This document shows, one piece after another, positions 54,771-64,000 of a stretch of DNA of 64,000 nucleotides (the stretch's first letter is position 1; the number at the start of each line of letters is the position of its first letter). Where the stretch lies: NCBI GenBank assembly GCA_963845755.1, contig CAWJTV010000020.1:160001-224000 (forward strand), written 5' to 3'. This DNA is from an uncultured Planctomycetota bacterium. Lineage in GTDB: Bacteria; Planctomycetota; Planctomycetia; Isosphaerales; Isosphaeraceae. The position numbers were made by a program, and so were the translations under genes. A model generated the notes under the pieces. It searched no databases. It had not been told where the DNA came from and worked only from the letters and a program-made list of their open reading frames with translations.

Positions 54771-54810
54771 GTAGGAGCGAGATACGACCTGCGGCGCTCG
54801 CTCCTTGTGT
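54771..54810 (+). terminator. Hairpin after leuA (terminator or GTAG-type REP)
   Basis: aggagcgag / ctcgctcct stem followed by tgtgt. Confidence 0.5.
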
Positions 54811-54849
54811 CTCCGCGAACGGCAGGCATATCGAATTGAGGAGCACGCA

Positions 54850-55101
54850 ATGGGCTGGAGAGAGCGGATCAACATCAACCCGAAGGTCTGCGGTGGGAAA
54901 GCCTACATCAAGGGTACGCGCGTCATGGTGTCCGTCATCCTTGACAACCTGGCGGAGGGTGAGAGCTACGAGTCGATCATGCAGGGCTATCACCTGACTC
55001 ACCAAGATATTCAGGCCGCGATCGCCTTCGCCGCCGATCTGGCCGCGGACTGGTATGTTCCTCTGGAGCCAGGAGTGCCGGATGTTGTTCAAGCTCGATG
55101 A
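54850..55101 (+). CDS. DUF433 family antitoxin
   Basis: RININPKVCGGKAYIKGTRVMVSVILD.LA.G..DIQAAIAFA. Confidence 0.9.
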   Translation: MGWRERININPKVCGGKAYIKGTRVMVSVILDNLAEGESYESIMQGYHLTHQDIQAAIAFAADLAADWYVPLEPGVPDVVQAR

Positions 55102-55453
55102 GAACCTACGCGCGGAAGTCGGCGAGCCGCTGCGACAAGTCGGCCATGACGTCTCGACGGTTTACGACCAGGGCCTTCGAGGTCGAGACGATCATGAGAT
55201 CGCAGAAGCCTGTCGCGCCGAGGGGCGAGTTCTCATCTCGCTCGACCTCGATTTCTCCAACATTCAGAACTTTCCGCCTGAAAACTACCCCGGATTGATT
55301 GTTCTCCGCTTGCGGACCAAGGGGCGTACCGCCGTCGAGAGCGTGTTCCGGCGAGTCATCTCCCATTTGGACCAGCAACCGATAGCCGGACGGCTTTGGA
55401 TCGTGGACGAGCAACGAATTCGAATCCACCGCGTTCGCGACGACGAAGATTGA
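55082..55453 (+). CDS. DUF5615 / VapC45-type PIN-like toxin
   Basis: FKLDENL..GHDV.TV..GL.G.DD..RVLISLDLDF..GLIVLR. Confidence 0.88.
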   Translation: MLFKLDENLRAEVGEPLRQVGHDVSTVYDQGLRGRDDHEIAEACRAEGRVLISLDLDFSNIQNFPPENYPGLIVLRLRTKGRTAVESVFRRVISHLDQQPIAGRLWIVDEQRIRIHRVRDDED

Positions 55454-55643
55454 AAGTCAACAGTCGCCGTGGTTGGCGACAAGGAACCGCAGGCGATCAC
55501 CGTGACGCTGTGCGACTCCGGGATTCCCGTCGTCGTCCTGGACCTGCCAATTGCATCCATCCGTCCCAGACCCTACGCTGAAACCGTCATGTGCGAGGTC
55601 GGCGAAGAAAAGGGTCAAGATAACGGGCCGAGGGGAACGGATC

Positions 55644-57011
55644 ATGTCCGGCAAGATCGACGAACGGATCGTTATCGACCCGGCGATCGGCCTGCCGGCT
55701 GACGGTGTCCCGGGGGATGTCGTGCTCCGGAAAGTGGGCCGGCGGCTGATCCCCTTCCTCTTCATGCTCTATGTCGCGAACATCCTGGACCGGGCGAATG
55801 TGAGCTTCGCACGTTTCGAGATGCTGAGTGACCTTCACCTGGGCGAAGAAGTCTACGGATGGGCCGCCACATTCTGCTTCTACCTGGGATACCTCCTCTT
55901 CGAAGTACCGAGCAACCTCATCCTCCACCGGGTCGGGGCTCGCCGCTGGATCAGCCGGATCATGGTCAGTTGGGGGATCGTGTCGACCTGCACGATGCTC
56001 GTGAAGGATGCGAGTAGCTTCTATCTGGTCCGGATCCTCCTGGGCGTGGCCGAGGCTGGTTTCTTCCCCGGCATCGTGTTGTACCTGAGTTACTGGTTCC
56101 CGGCGCGGGAGCGGGCCCGGGCGGTGGCCTGCTTCATGATGGCCTCGCCACTGGCCGGCGCGTTCGGCGGAATCGTCTCGGGCAACTTGCTCCGATACAC
56201 CGATCACGCCCTGGGGCTTGCGGGATGGCAATGGCTCTTCCTGATCGAGGGGATTCCGTCGGTCATCCTGGGAATCGTCACCTGGTGGTACCTGACCGAT
56301 CGACCGAAGGACGCCCGATGGCTGTCGCCCGACGAGCGGTCCTGGCTCGCGGACCGCATGGCCCGCGAAGAGCAGCACAACGCGGCGCACCATGGGCTGA
56401 ACCGCCTCGGGACGCTGGCCGACCCGAGGGTCGGCCTGTTCATCCTGCTCTACTTCACCATCGCGCTGGGCTCCAACGGATTCGGATTCTACGCGCCCGA
56501 GATCCTCAAGAGGCAATTCCACGGGTGGAAACCCGATGGGATCGGATACCTCTACCTGATCCCGAACCTCACGACGGCGGTCGCCATGTTCCTGATCGGC
56601 AGCCACTCAGACCGGACCGGGGAGCGGCGGTGGCATCTGGCCCTCTGCGCATTCCTGGCCGCGATCGGGTGGGCACTCAGCGCGACCCTGCAATCGCCGT
56701 GGCTCGTCTTGTTCTCCCTCACGGTGGCCCAGGTGGGGATGATCAGCATGATCGGGCCGTTCTGGTCGTTCGCGACGTCCTTCCTCAGCGGTGTCGGGGC
56801 GGTCGGGGGGATTGCGATCATCAATACGATCGCCAATAGCGGCGGCGCCCTGTCGTCGCCGCTCATGAGCTGGCTGGAGAAGGTTTCCGGCAGCTTCGCC
56901 ACCGGGCAACTCGTGCTCGCCGTGACGCTCCTGGTCGGAGGTGGGCTGGCCCTTTGCATCCGCGATGATCCGACGGCGAAACCCTTGCATCCGCGCGATG
57001 GGGAACTGTAG
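55644..57011 (+). CDS. MFS transporter, anion:cation symporter (TtuB-like)
   Basis: RRLIPFL..LDRANVSFA, FEVPSN, GARRWISRIM, GVAEAGFFPG, GWQWLFLIEG, SDRTGERR. Confidence 0.9.
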   Translation: MSGKIDERIVIDPAIGLPADGVPGDVVLRKVGRRLIPFLFMLYVANILDRANVSFARFEMLSDLHLGEEVYGWAATFCFYLGYLLFEVPSNLILHRVGARRWISRIMVSWGIVSTCTMLVKDASSFYLVRILLGVAEAGFFPGIVLYLSYWFPARERARAVACFMMASPLAGAFGGIVSGNLLRYTDHALGLAGWQWLFLIEGIPSVILGIVTWWYLTDRPKDARWLSPDERSWLADRMAREEQHNAAHHGLNRLGTLADPRVGLFILLYFTIALGSNGFGFYAPEILKRQFHGWKPDGIGYLYLIPNLTTAVAMFLIGSHSDRTGERRWHLALCAFLAAIGWALSATLQSPWLVLFSLTVAQVGMISMIGPFWSFATSFLSGVGAVGGIAIINTIANSGGALSSPLMSWLEKVSGSFATGQLVLAVTLLVGGGLALCIRDDPTAKPLHPRDGEL

Positions 57012-57104
57012 ATCACACGGAAGCCAGCCGGCTCCCGACTGCGGGACGGATGGATCGAAGAGAATTCCCGATTCAACAAGAACAGTACCCGGGGGATGCA
57101 AGGC

Positions 57105-58070
57105 ATGAAGGTCGCCGTCACGGATTACACATTCGACTCGCTCGACGTGGAACGCGCCATCCTCGAGCCGATCGGTTGTGAGGTCGTCGGGCCCTATGCG
57201 AAGAACGAGCCGGATTCCCTCCTGACCCTGGTCGCCGACGCCGATTGTGTCCTCACCCAGTTCGCCCCCGTGGATGCACGGGTCATCGGATCGATGGGTC
57301 GCGCCCGGGCGATCGTGCGATACGGCATCGGGGTCGATAATGTGGACCTCGACGCGGCAAGAGCCAGGGGTATCCCGGTCTGCAACGTCCCGGATTACTG
57401 CATCGACGAGGTCGCCGACCATACGCTCGGCCTGATCCTGGCCATGAGCCGGCAATTCATTCCCCATCGCGACCGCGTCCGGAGTGGCCGGTGGGGCTCG
57501 GGTGCACCGCTCCATGCGATGCACGCGCTCAAGCAACTGACGATCGGCCTCGTCGGCTTCGGCCGCATCGGCCGGGCGGTGGCCGACCGGCTGCGCGCCT
57601 TCCGTTGCATGACGATCGTCTTCGACCCGCTGGTCACTCAGGACGAGGTCGAGCATTGCGGCTGCATGCCCGTCACGTTCGACCGGTTGGTGCGGAACGC
57701 CGACGTGATCTCGCTGCACTGCCCATCCACTCCCACGACGCGGCGGATGTTCGATCGCGAGACTCTCGAGAAAGTGAAACCGGGTGCGCTCTTCATCAAC
57801 GTGGCGCACGGCGACCTGGTCGATACCGGGGCCCTGGTCAACGCCCTCCAGGCCGATCGACTCGGCGGCGCAGGCCTGGACGTCTGCGACCCCGAGCCGA
57901 TCCCGGCGGATAGCCCGCTCCTGACGATGGACAAGGTCATCCTGACACCGCACGTCGCGTCCGCCAGCGTGCCGGCGGTCGCGAGGCTGCGGACCAGCGC
58001 CGCCGAGACGGCGGCCAGGGCCCTACGCGGCGAGCCGCTGCTGAACGTGGTCAACGGCGTGAAGACCTGA
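57105..58070 (+). CDS. D-2-hydroxyacid dehydrogenase (CtBP/PGDH-like)
   Basis: RYGIGVDNVD, NVPDYC..EVADH, GFGRIG, SLHCP, GAGLDV..EP, LTPHVA. Confidence 0.9.
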   Translation: MKVAVTDYTFDSLDVERAILEPIGCEVVGPYAKNEPDSLLTLVADADCVLTQFAPVDARVIGSMGRARAIVRYGIGVDNVDLDAARARGIPVCNVPDYCIDEVADHTLGLILAMSRQFIPHRDRVRSGRWGSGAPLHAMHALKQLTIGLVGFGRIGRAVADRLRAFRCMTIVFDPLVTQDEVEHCGCMPVTFDRLVRNADVISLHCPSTPTTRRMFDRETLEKVKPGALFINVAHGDLVDTGALVNALQADRLGGAGLDVCDPEPIPADSPLLTMDKVILTPHVASASVPAVARLRTSAAETAARALRGEPLLNVVNGVKT

Positions 58071-58186
58071 GTGGTCCCGAATGGAGCGGGCTGGCTCTGA
58101 GTCCTCGAGGTGCCAGTCTCCTTTTCACACGATGGCCCTCGTTTTTCGCGAGGAGTCGGCGTTCTTCGGGATCCGGAGGCATCCTC

Positions 58187-58702
58187 GTGAGTCGTCGCCG
58201 CACACTCAAGGGTCTGATGATCGCCATCGCCGCGATTGGCATTGCGATTGCCGTCATCGTCAGGCCGATAGAGCTCTGGGTGGTATTCCTGCCAATCCTA
58301 CACTTGACGATCCTCCTGACGGCGATCCTCGCTTGTCTGTATCGCAATGGACTGAAGCGGGCCTACTGGAGCGGCTTCGCCGTCTTCGGGTGGGCGTACT
58401 TCCTTACAAGCATGATCCGCAACTATCTTATGGGGCAGCCGCCGCTCCTCGTGCCCGAACTTCACTTGTGGATGGGGAACGTGAATTGGATTAAATTAAC
58501 GATGAGCGACCTGATCAAAACATGGCACAGCCTCATGAGAGAGACGGATGATGTCGGCCGCCTCACCATAAACTGGTCTCTTGGGGGTCTGGCCTTCGCC
58601 GGTATTGGGGGCATCATCGCCCGAGTCTTGGCGCTCTCTCAGTCCGGCTCGACGGGCCAGGACTACCCGCCGCAGTCGCGACACCAGACCGATGCTCAAT
58701 GA
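58187..58702 (+). CDS. Hypothetical membrane protein
   Basis: About four hydrophobic segments; RRTLKGLM start and RAYWSGFAVFGW motif. Confidence 0.6.
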   Translation: MSRRRTLKGLMIAIAAIGIAIAVIVRPIELWVVFLPILHLTILLTAILACLYRNGLKRAYWSGFAVFGWAYFLTSMIRNYLMGQPPLLVPELHLWMGNVNWIKLTMSDLIKTWHSLMRETDDVGRLTINWSLGGLAFAGIGGIIARVLALSQSGSTGQDYPPQSRHQTDAQ

Positions 58703-58795
58703 GCCATCGGTCCACCATGGACCGGGCCGCGCTTCGGGACGAAACGCCGCCCGGGTCAGGCGTATCTCGAATGCGCCGAGTGGTCCCGTGGCGGA

Positions 58796-59668
58796 TCAAC
58801 GTTCCCTCATGGCTGCCAGCGTGCCGCGAATGTAGCCGATGCTCTCGGCCACGCCGGGGATCGGATCATTCATGTCCTTCTCGTGCTCGAGGCCGACGTG
58901 GTAGCTGTAGCCGAGATCCAGCAGAGTCCGAAGCATACCGCGGATGTCGAGAACCCCTCGGCCGACCTCGACGGGGTGTGACCGTCCCTCCTCGCTCGAC
59001 AGGTCCTTGAAATGCACGTCGTAGAGGCGAGCGGCGCAGGTGCGAAACGCTTTGGCGGGGTCCACGCCACAACGCGCCGTATGTCCCACATCGACGCACA
59101 CGCCGATCCGCGCGTCGTACTTCTGGATGGCCTCCCAGACGTCGAGTGGTGAGGGCCAGACCTTGTCTTCCGGGCCGTGGTTGTGGATCGCCAGTTTGAG
59201 ATCGAACTCCTTGACCAGCCCATCCAGCACCGGGAGGGATTGGTGCCTCGGGTTGCAGACGATCGTGGGAATGCCCGCATCGCGCGCGTATTCGAACGCA
59301 TTCCGGAGCGCCGACTCATCGCCGGTCATGCTGACGACGCCGCAGCTCAGGGGCGTGATGCCCGCATCGCGAAACTTCTTGACGACCGCCTTGCGCTCCT
59401 CGGTGGTGCTCTTGAGTGGTAGATGGGCGTCCTTGATCGAGACGTAGTTGACTCCCACCCGGCGAACGCCCTGAATCGCCGCCTCCAGGGGCAGTCGCGA
59501 GTAGCTATATGAGGCCACCCCGACCTTCAGCCCCAGCCAGGGGTCGGTTCCCGAAGGCGGCGCCTGGGCGTTGACGTGCGGGGAGAGCCCCGCGATGGGT
59601 GAGAGGGCTGCGGACGCAGTTGCGAGTCGGACGAATCCCCTGCGAGAGAGCGAAGATGACAAGTCCAT
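58796..59668 (-). CDS. Tat-exported sugar phosphate isomerase/epimerase (xylose-isomerase-like TIM barrel)
   Basis: SRRGFV Tat motif; AIHNHGPED, DVGH, HFKD, EVGRG, LEHE. Confidence 0.85.
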   Translation of the reverse strand: MDLSSSLSRRGFVRLATASAALSPIAGLSPHVNAQAPPSGTDPWLGLKVGVASYSYSRLPLEAAIQGVRRVGVNYVSIKDAHLPLKSTTEERKAVVKKFRDAGITPLSCGVVSMTGDESALRNAFEYARDAGIPTIVCNPRHQSLPVLDGLVKEFDLKLAIHNHGPEDKVWPSPLDVWEAIQKYDARIGVCVDVGHTARCGVDPAKAFRTCAARLYDVHFKDLSSEEGRSHPVEVGRGVLDIRGMLRTLLDLGYSYHVGLEHEKDMNDPIPGVAESIGYIRGTLAAMRER

Positions 59669-59911
59669 AGCCGGGTCCTTTCGAGCACGAGGGTCGAGTC
59701 GATACGAGCCTTCCTCCGACGATCGCGTCGATAATAACCGGACCAGGGGCTTGTGGCAGCCCGGCGGAGCGAGAGAACGACCGAAAGCTCCCATCGTCTC
59801 CCGGCTCGAATGCGACCCGACGGCCCCGTACAATGTCGTGGGAATCGATCGTCGTGCGTCGTGTGCGACAATCCTGGCCCCTAGAGCTACGATTTCAAAC
59901 AGGGTCTACCG

Positions 59912-61093
59912 ATGCAACTGCGTCACCTCCAGCGCTTTCGTGGCACGGCCATGTTGATCGCCGCCTTTGCCCTCACACCCCTGACGGCACGCGGTCAGGA
60001 GTCAGCCGCGTCGGAGGGGATTGCCTCGGCGCTCCGGCCATTCGTCAAGCGCCACGCACTCGCGGGCGCGGTGACACTCGTGGCCGACCGCGACAAGGTC
60101 CTCAGCCTCGACGCGGTCGGGTTCGCCGACGTCGCGACCCACAAGCCGATGGCCACGGATGCGCTGTTCTGGATCGCCTCACAATCGAAGCCCATCACAG
60201 CGGCCGCGCTCATGATGCTGGTGGACGAGGGGAAGGTCAAACTCGACGATCCCGTGGCGAAGTATCTCCCCGAGTTCCAGGACCTCTGGCTCGCCGTCGA
60301 GAGAGACAAGGACCATATCCTCTTGAGACGGCCGGCTCGGCCGGTCAGCGTGCGCGACCTGCTCCGGCACACCAGCGGGATGTCGTTCGCGTCGGCGATG
60401 GAACACCCCACGCTCGATACACTACCCCTTCGCGACGCGGTCCGGAGCTACGCCATGACGCCGCTCCAGTTCGAGCCGGGGACGAAATACCAGTACTCCA
60501 ACGCCGGCATCAACACGGCGGGCCGGATCATCGAGGTCGTCGGCGGGATGCCGTACGAGGAGTTCTTGAGCCGCCGGTTGTTCGGCCCGCTCGGCATGAA
60601 CGACACCACCTTCTGGCCGAGCGAGGCCCAGCTCAAGCGACTGGCCCATTCCTACAAGCCGAACGCGGCGAAGTCCGACATCGAGGAGACGACCATCACC
60701 CAGCTCCACTACCCACTCAGCGACCGCGGCCGGTACCCGATGCCGGCGGGCGGCCTCTTCTCGACGGCGACGGACGTCGCCCATTTCTGCCAGATGTTGC
60801 TCAACAAGGGCCGATTCGAGGGCAAACGCTATCTCTCGGATGCGTCGGTTGCGGAGATGACACACAAGCAGACGGGCGCTGGGATCAAGGACAGTTACGG
60901 CCTCGGCCTCTCGACCGGGGGTGGCGGGTTCGGACACGGCGGGGCGTATGCCACCAACATGACCATCGAACCCGGCCTCGGCCGGATCTACGTGTTCATG
61001 GTGCAGCACGCCGGCTTTCCCGACGGTGGGGACCAGAGCTTTCCAACGTTCAAGAAGGCGGCCGAGCGACGGTTCTCCGGCTCGGGGAACTGA
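59912..61093 (+). CDS. Secreted serine hydrolase, beta-lactamase family
   Basis: IASQSK (SxxK), LLRHTSG, PGTKYQYSN, PLGMNDT, AGGLFST, GHGG. Confidence 0.9.
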   Translation: MQLRHLQRFRGTAMLIAAFALTPLTARGQESAASEGIASALRPFVKRHALAGAVTLVADRDKVLSLDAVGFADVATHKPMATDALFWIASQSKPITAAALMMLVDEGKVKLDDPVAKYLPEFQDLWLAVERDKDHILLRRPARPVSVRDLLRHTSGMSFASAMEHPTLDTLPLRDAVRSYAMTPLQFEPGTKYQYSNAGINTAGRIIEVVGGMPYEEFLSRRLFGPLGMNDTTFWPSEAQLKRLAHSYKPNAAKSDIEETTITQLHYPLSDRGRYPMPAGGLFSTATDVAHFCQMLLNKGRFEGKRYLSDASVAEMTHKQTGAGIKDSYGLGLSTGGGGFGHGGAYATNMTIEPGLGRIYVFMVQHAGFPDGGDQSFPTFKKAAERRFSGSGN

Positions 61094-61239
61094 TCCAAAT
61101 CACGCGGGAGACGCCCGGTATCCGGTCAGGCCATGCGGCCGATCCGGTGAGCAGGCTGGGTTGCTCAGGGAACCCTGGGCGCCTTCCAGAGGAACAGAGG
61201 GTGCGGGTCACATCGGTCAACATGCCAATATGTGGATGT

Positions 61240-61400
61240 GAGCATTGATCCATCTCGCGAGAAGGTGATGCCGATTGGCGTCAACGGATGACCCTTGAGG
61301 TTCAGCGGCTCTTGGCCAGTGGAGGTCTGCCAGAGGATCAATGAATCATCGCGGTCCGCCGAGACAAGGGTCTTACCGTCGGACGCGAAATTGGGCCGGA
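61240..61400 (-). pseudogene. WD40-repeat gene remnant
   Basis: FASDGKTLVSADRDDSLILWQTSTGQEPLNLKGH..ITFSRDG; only about 1.5 degenerate repeats. Confidence 0.6.
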
Positions 61401-61604
61401 TTGCCCTGGGAGATTGCTCCCCCAGGGCGACCCGTTCCATTACATTCTGACACGATTAAATTCTCGTGCCCGCTCTCGGGCGTGAACTTGTTGGTGAAAT
61501 GCCGGAGAAAGCTCTGGCCGAGCTGGCAGCGGCCAGGCAATCCGGGCCCCGCGACGAAACCGGGGCGGCCGGGTCCGGCCAGCCGGCCATCCTGTCGCCT
61601 CGGA

Positions 61605-62924
61605 TCAGCTACCAGGTGCAGGTTGGTATGCACCGGTGACCGCTCCGGGGGGATTGGTGCCGTTCTTGCTCGTGCAGTAATCGACCTGATACAGCCAGCC
61701 GTAGGCGTGATCGCTGACCGCGACGCTCGGTGTCAGACCGTAGCCTGCGGGGTGCATGTACTCATTGCCACCCCAATCCGTGATGTATTGGAGCGGACTA
61801 GCGATGTCAGCGGTGACCTGGCCGAGGAGCACATTGATCTGCTCTTGGTTCTCCCCGTAGGTCGTCGAGAGCTGGCCCGACCACGTCAGCATGTAGTTGC
61901 CCGGCGCATCTCGCTGACAGGCGATGCCCCACCACGCCGTCTGCGATTCATTCTGCTCGAGCCCGTCATTGTTGAAGTTTGCGGTCCCCGCCAAAATCGG
62001 ATTGCTGGACCAGTTCGTCGTATATCGACTGGCATTCAAGTCGCCATAACCCACGACGAACCCTCCGCTTGTCGCCGAGGTGCCATGGTAGCAGGCCACG
62101 CGACACCAGACGTAGTCAGTGGCGTTTTGGTAAGTCGTGACCGCGTAATCCTTGAACGCGAATTGATCGTTGGCGAAATGGAAGCCCGAGAGGTAGACAC
62201 CCCACGGGGAGCGCCCATTCGCGCCGACTCCTGACACATAGGTCAATACGAAGTTACCGTAGTCGTCCCCTGAGATGCCGCCGAGTGCGAGGTCTTGGCC
62301 CGATTGGCCGCCCGCCTGCACCGGGTTGCCCTGTGTGTATGGTACGCCTGTCGAGGGGTTGACGAGGAACGTCTGGATGTATGGGGCACCAAAGCTATTC
62401 TGGAAGGCGACCGCAACAGCCATCGCTGTGTGACCTGCGTACGTGGTGAGCTGGCGGGTAACGGCCACCCATGCCGTGGTCCCCTGTACCCACGAGCCCG
62501 TGCTCGAGTTGTAGCCGACCGGGAACGGGTTATAGCCGTTGACCGTGCAGAACGGGATCGTGGGGTTGCCTGAATTTGGATAGGTGTACTGGGCGCACCA
62601 GACCGCGGCGAAGTTCGGAGCGGTCGAAGATGAGTCGTCCGTGTCGACGGAGGCCGGAGGTTGGTCGGTCGGAGTGTTGGGCGTTCCGCTGTACACGACG
62701 CCATTCACCTTGTACGAGGGCAGTAGCTTTCCACCCCCATCGGAAGGAGCACCCTTGTAGGCATTCCGCTCGTAGTAAATCACCGGTGAGTTCTGGTAAT
62801 TGTGCATCCAGACCGAGTCGAAGACGGTCCCCTGCTTGTTGCAGGAAACCGATGGCCAGTAATCCGGGCCGTTTGACTGTGTCGTCAACAGGCTCCCCAG
62901 CATGAGTACGAATGTCCCGATCAT
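61605..62924 (-). CDS. Secreted hypothetical protein, probable beta-propeller
   Basis: GGGAGG RBS; short hydrophobic N-terminus; Y/N/T/S/G-rich; recurring PSV..(G)N[FY].[LV]TW/Y units. Confidence 0.7.
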   Translation of the reverse strand: MIGTFVLMLGSLLTTQSNGPDYWPSVSCNKQGTVFDSVWMHNYQNSPVIYYERNAYKGAPSDGGGKLLPSYKVNGVVYSGTPNTPTDQPPASVDTDDSSSTAPNFAAVWCAQYTYPNSGNPTIPFCTVNGYNPFPVGYNSSTGSWVQGTTAWVAVTRQLTTYAGHTAMAVAVAFQNSFGAPYIQTFLVNPSTGVPYTQGNPVQAGGQSGQDLALGGISGDDYGNFVLTYVSGVGANGRSPWGVYLSGFHFANDQFAFKDYAVTTYQNATDYVWCRVACYHGTSATSGGFVVGYGDLNASRYTTNWSSNPILAGTANFNNDGLEQNESQTAWWGIACQRDAPGNYMLTWSGQLSTTYGENQEQINVLLGQVTADIASPLQYITDWGGNEYMHPAGYGLTPSVAVSDHAYGWLYQVDYCTSKNGTNPPGAVTGAYQPAPGS

Positions 62925-63460
62925 GGTCGATTCCTCCCTTGATGGTGTTCAAGCCGTATCCGTGGGATTCCTTTTCGACCGTCGGTCGATCACGACGACT
63001 GCAGGTCGCGGGTGCTTCACTGCGAAGACCGGACGGACGGCGCAGCCGCATCGGCTTCGCCAATGAGGTTGGCCGCATCCGTATCCGGTTCGTCGGACGT
63101 TCGACCTTGAGCAGCCCCTGCACAAGACCCAGGGGCGACGAATGTTGCGTGAGTCGCGCCGCCGGCAAGTTGAGGGTCACGTTCGTGGCAGCAATCGCCG
63201 ACGTGAACACTGGACGGCGATGGTCCGATCACAGATTGACGAAGCCGGACCTGCCTGATCCACATCGCGGAATCATGCGGCCCGGACGCGCACTCGGGCC
63301 GAGGGTGTGGATACTAACCCCGGGGCCCGGACCTCGGCAGACGTTCACAATCCTTCGGCATTCGTAGGAAGTGCATATCCACGCAGGGCCGAATTGTCCA
63401 GTGAGCACGAATCACTGGGTTCTTGACGCCTCGCTCGATGTGGCTTATTAAGCCGCGGTG

Positions 63461-63526
63461 AGAATACGCTGGCCGAACGCGTCTTGTCAACAGTCAGTTT
63501 GGCACGTTTTCTTTTATCAACGTGCC
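63461..63526 (-). promoter_or_regulatory. Sigma70-like promoter with upstream palindrome
   Basis: Minus strand TTGACA (63490-63485), 18 nt, TATTCT (63466-63461); ggcacgtt..aacgtgcc palindrome at 63501-63526. Confidence 0.5.
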
Positions 63527-63582
63527 CCCCGGGGGGAGTCGGGGGCCACACGGGGTCCGGCCTATTTGAGGGGAAATGAAAG

Positions 63583-63832
63583 GGGGTCAGGAGCGAATGG
63601 CACGAGGTTAGTCGTAACATCCATGTGAGTAGGTATTTGTGAAGAAAGTCGTGGTCGTTTCATGAACTCGACTTCTCAGCGGATGGACCCACAGCCCTTG
63701 TTTTCGGGAGGCCGCCAATCGTCAACGAGCAAGCATATACGAAAAACACAATCTCGAATTCAGCGCTTCCTCGTGTAACTCCAAGTCTAATTTGGACTTT
63801 CGCTTAACCTCGTACCATTCGCTCCTGACCCC
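63583..63832. mobile_element. MITE/REP-like 250-bp element with 28-bp terminal inverted repeats
   Basis: ggggtcaggagcgaatggcacgaggtta (63583-63610) vs taacctcgtaccattcgctcctgacccc (63805-63832), one mismatch; AT-richer interior with no ORF in the provided track. Confidence 0.65.
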
Positions 63833-64000
63833 TTTGATTCCGCGGAGAAATGACCCCGATCGCGGGTGGTGCCGGCGATCCGGTCGGAGCATGCGGACGA
63901 ACCGTTGTCCGGATCACTTCTTCGAATCGCCGAGTCCAGGAGATGCCCCTCCCGGCAACCGGACGGTCAGTTCCTCGGCCTTGTGTAGCACCGCACTCAA

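Noticed and set aside
53096..54850. Long antisense ORFs opposite real genes (also 16649-18409, 37737-39002, 55587-56606)
   Set aside because: Shadow ORFs expected from high-GC codon bias; no recognisable motifs.
59912..61093. Antibiotic-resistance beta-lactamase
   Set aside because: Motifs fit the broad esterase/serine-hydrolase family; nothing in the sequence indicates beta-lactam specificity.
62925..63460. c-di-GMP riboswitch in the long leader
   Set aside because: No clear GGCAAA / GAAA tetraloop / GACGCAAA pattern on the minus strand.

Overview
GC-rich bacterial chromosomal window. Gene content (ECF sigma factor fused to carboxypeptidase-regulatory-like domains, PQQ/GSDH-heme protein, CRTAC1/ASPIC protein, DUF1080, HTH-REC regulator) points to a planctomycete, probably Isosphaeraceae-like; this assignment is an inference. 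Housekeeping and metabolic genes (tpx, mnmG, trpS, hflKC, leuA, an enolase-family gene, a grpE-like gene, comEC) are interspersed with four toxin-antitoxin-like pairs, a Uma2 nuclease gene, one complete IS630 element with 24-bp TIRs, several REP/REPIN/MITE-like palindromes and two heptamer tandem arrays. About 15 genes carry single-base frameshifts, including essential trpS, which most likely reflects uncorrected long-read errors rather than true pseudogenes. No rRNA, tRNA or CRISPR array was seen. The most notable observations are a ComEC fused in one ORF to a complete alpha/beta hydrolase; a divergent enolase (SARSGETED, QD) paired with an MtnK-like kinase; a leucine attenuator in front of leuA with a heptamer array in the leader; a 250-bp element with 28-bp inverted repeats next to an orphan secreted beta-propeller-like gene; a pentapeptide-like/channel protein next to an RNase Z-like gene; and a MazF gene with an in-frame amber codon.
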